In this document: one piece after another, positions 63,814 to 64,000 of the stretch
Numbering within the stretch: position 1 is the first letter of the stretch
How the letters are laid out: every line of letters starts with the position of its first letter
Source: Minisyncoccota bacterium
GTDB taxonomy: Bacteria > Patescibacteriota > Minisyncoccia > UBA6257 > GWB1-50-10
DNA length: 64,000 bases
Direction of reading: 5' to 3'
Assembly (NCBI GenBank): GCA_020059585.1
Contig: JAGVBU010000002.1
Coordinates: 27,566-91,565 of the forward strand
Notes under the pieces: generated by a model
Told to the model about the DNA's origin: nothing
The model's database searches: none
Seen by the model: only the letters and a program-made list of their open reading frames with translations
Program-made: the position numbers and the translations under genes

Positions 63814-64000
63814 TTATAGCTTTGAGCACTGAATCACCGCGTTAAGGTCAGAATCTCCATCTCTCCCAAACCTGAAACCAGACATAAAGTATCCATTAGG
63901 ACATACTACCCAACTTTCCACATAATCATCCATGCCTAGTTTCTTTGTTCCTGTCATTGCTACACTCTGAGATCTACTCCATTTCGGGTCATCAAGCGTG
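63814..64000 (-). CDS. C-terminal fragment of an unknown protein. The ORF runs off the window edge.
   Basis: The open frame reads ...LGMDDYVESWVVCPNGYFMSGFRFGRDGDSDLNAVIQCSKL* and is followed by a terminator. Confidence 0.3.
   Translation of the reverse strand, partial: TLDDPKWSRSQSVAMTGTKKLGMDDYVESWVVCPNGYFMSGFRFGRDGDSDLNAVIQCSKL

Overview
This is a 64 kb stretch of bacterial chromosome with dense coding, mostly on the minus strand. GC is mid-range and roughly uniform, except for a few AT-rich islands. Taxonomy is uncertain: the gene content suggests a small-genome uncultivated bacterium, and I saw no rRNA.

I support about 60 CDS, 6 tRNAs, several rho-independent terminators and one sigma70-like promoter. 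The main blocks are:
1. 11-5663: a glycan-precursor locus. It holds a PglC-like sugar phosphotransferase, a PglE/DegT aminotransferase and a PglF/CapD dehydratase, with a TPP-dependent E1 alpha/beta pair embedded between them.
2. 5709-19176: housekeeping and stress genes (DedA, a GxxExxY nuclease-fold protein, an 1152-aa surface protein with a peptidoglycan-binding domain, ClpB, HtrA, SIMPL, cysteine desulfurase, NUDIX, a PduO-type adenosyltransferase).
3. 19260-24911: a run of small unknown ORFs, each with its own terminator, ending with tRNA-His abutted by an AT-rich zinc-ribbon HNH endonuclease and the ribosome rescue factor ArfB.
4. 26857-31372: a tRNA hotspot (Phe, Arg, two Met-type CAU, Asp). 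Short tRNA 3'-end copies, shared hairpin terminators and a tandem array of about 186 bp palindrome-rich repeats are interleaved with a ZIP zinc transporter, pheS and an AT-rich HTH/LAGLIDADG-like ORF.
5. 34695-38546: gatA, gatC, ligA.
6. 38548-49678: a complete 13-gene type IV pilus module on the minus strand plus a divergent comF.
7. 49694-56659: a 1519-aa FN3-rich secreted protein, a 443-aa secreted protein, and a protein ending in a canonical T9SS C-terminal sorting domain.
8. 56779-61623: a sugar-modification module of five genes chained by four consecutive ATGA start/stop overlaps, plus an HprK-like P-loop protein.

The structures I consider most worth follow-up are the tRNA-anchored repeat elements and the ATGA-coupled operon. 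No CRISPR array, reverse transcriptase/DGR, rRNA or transposase was seen.
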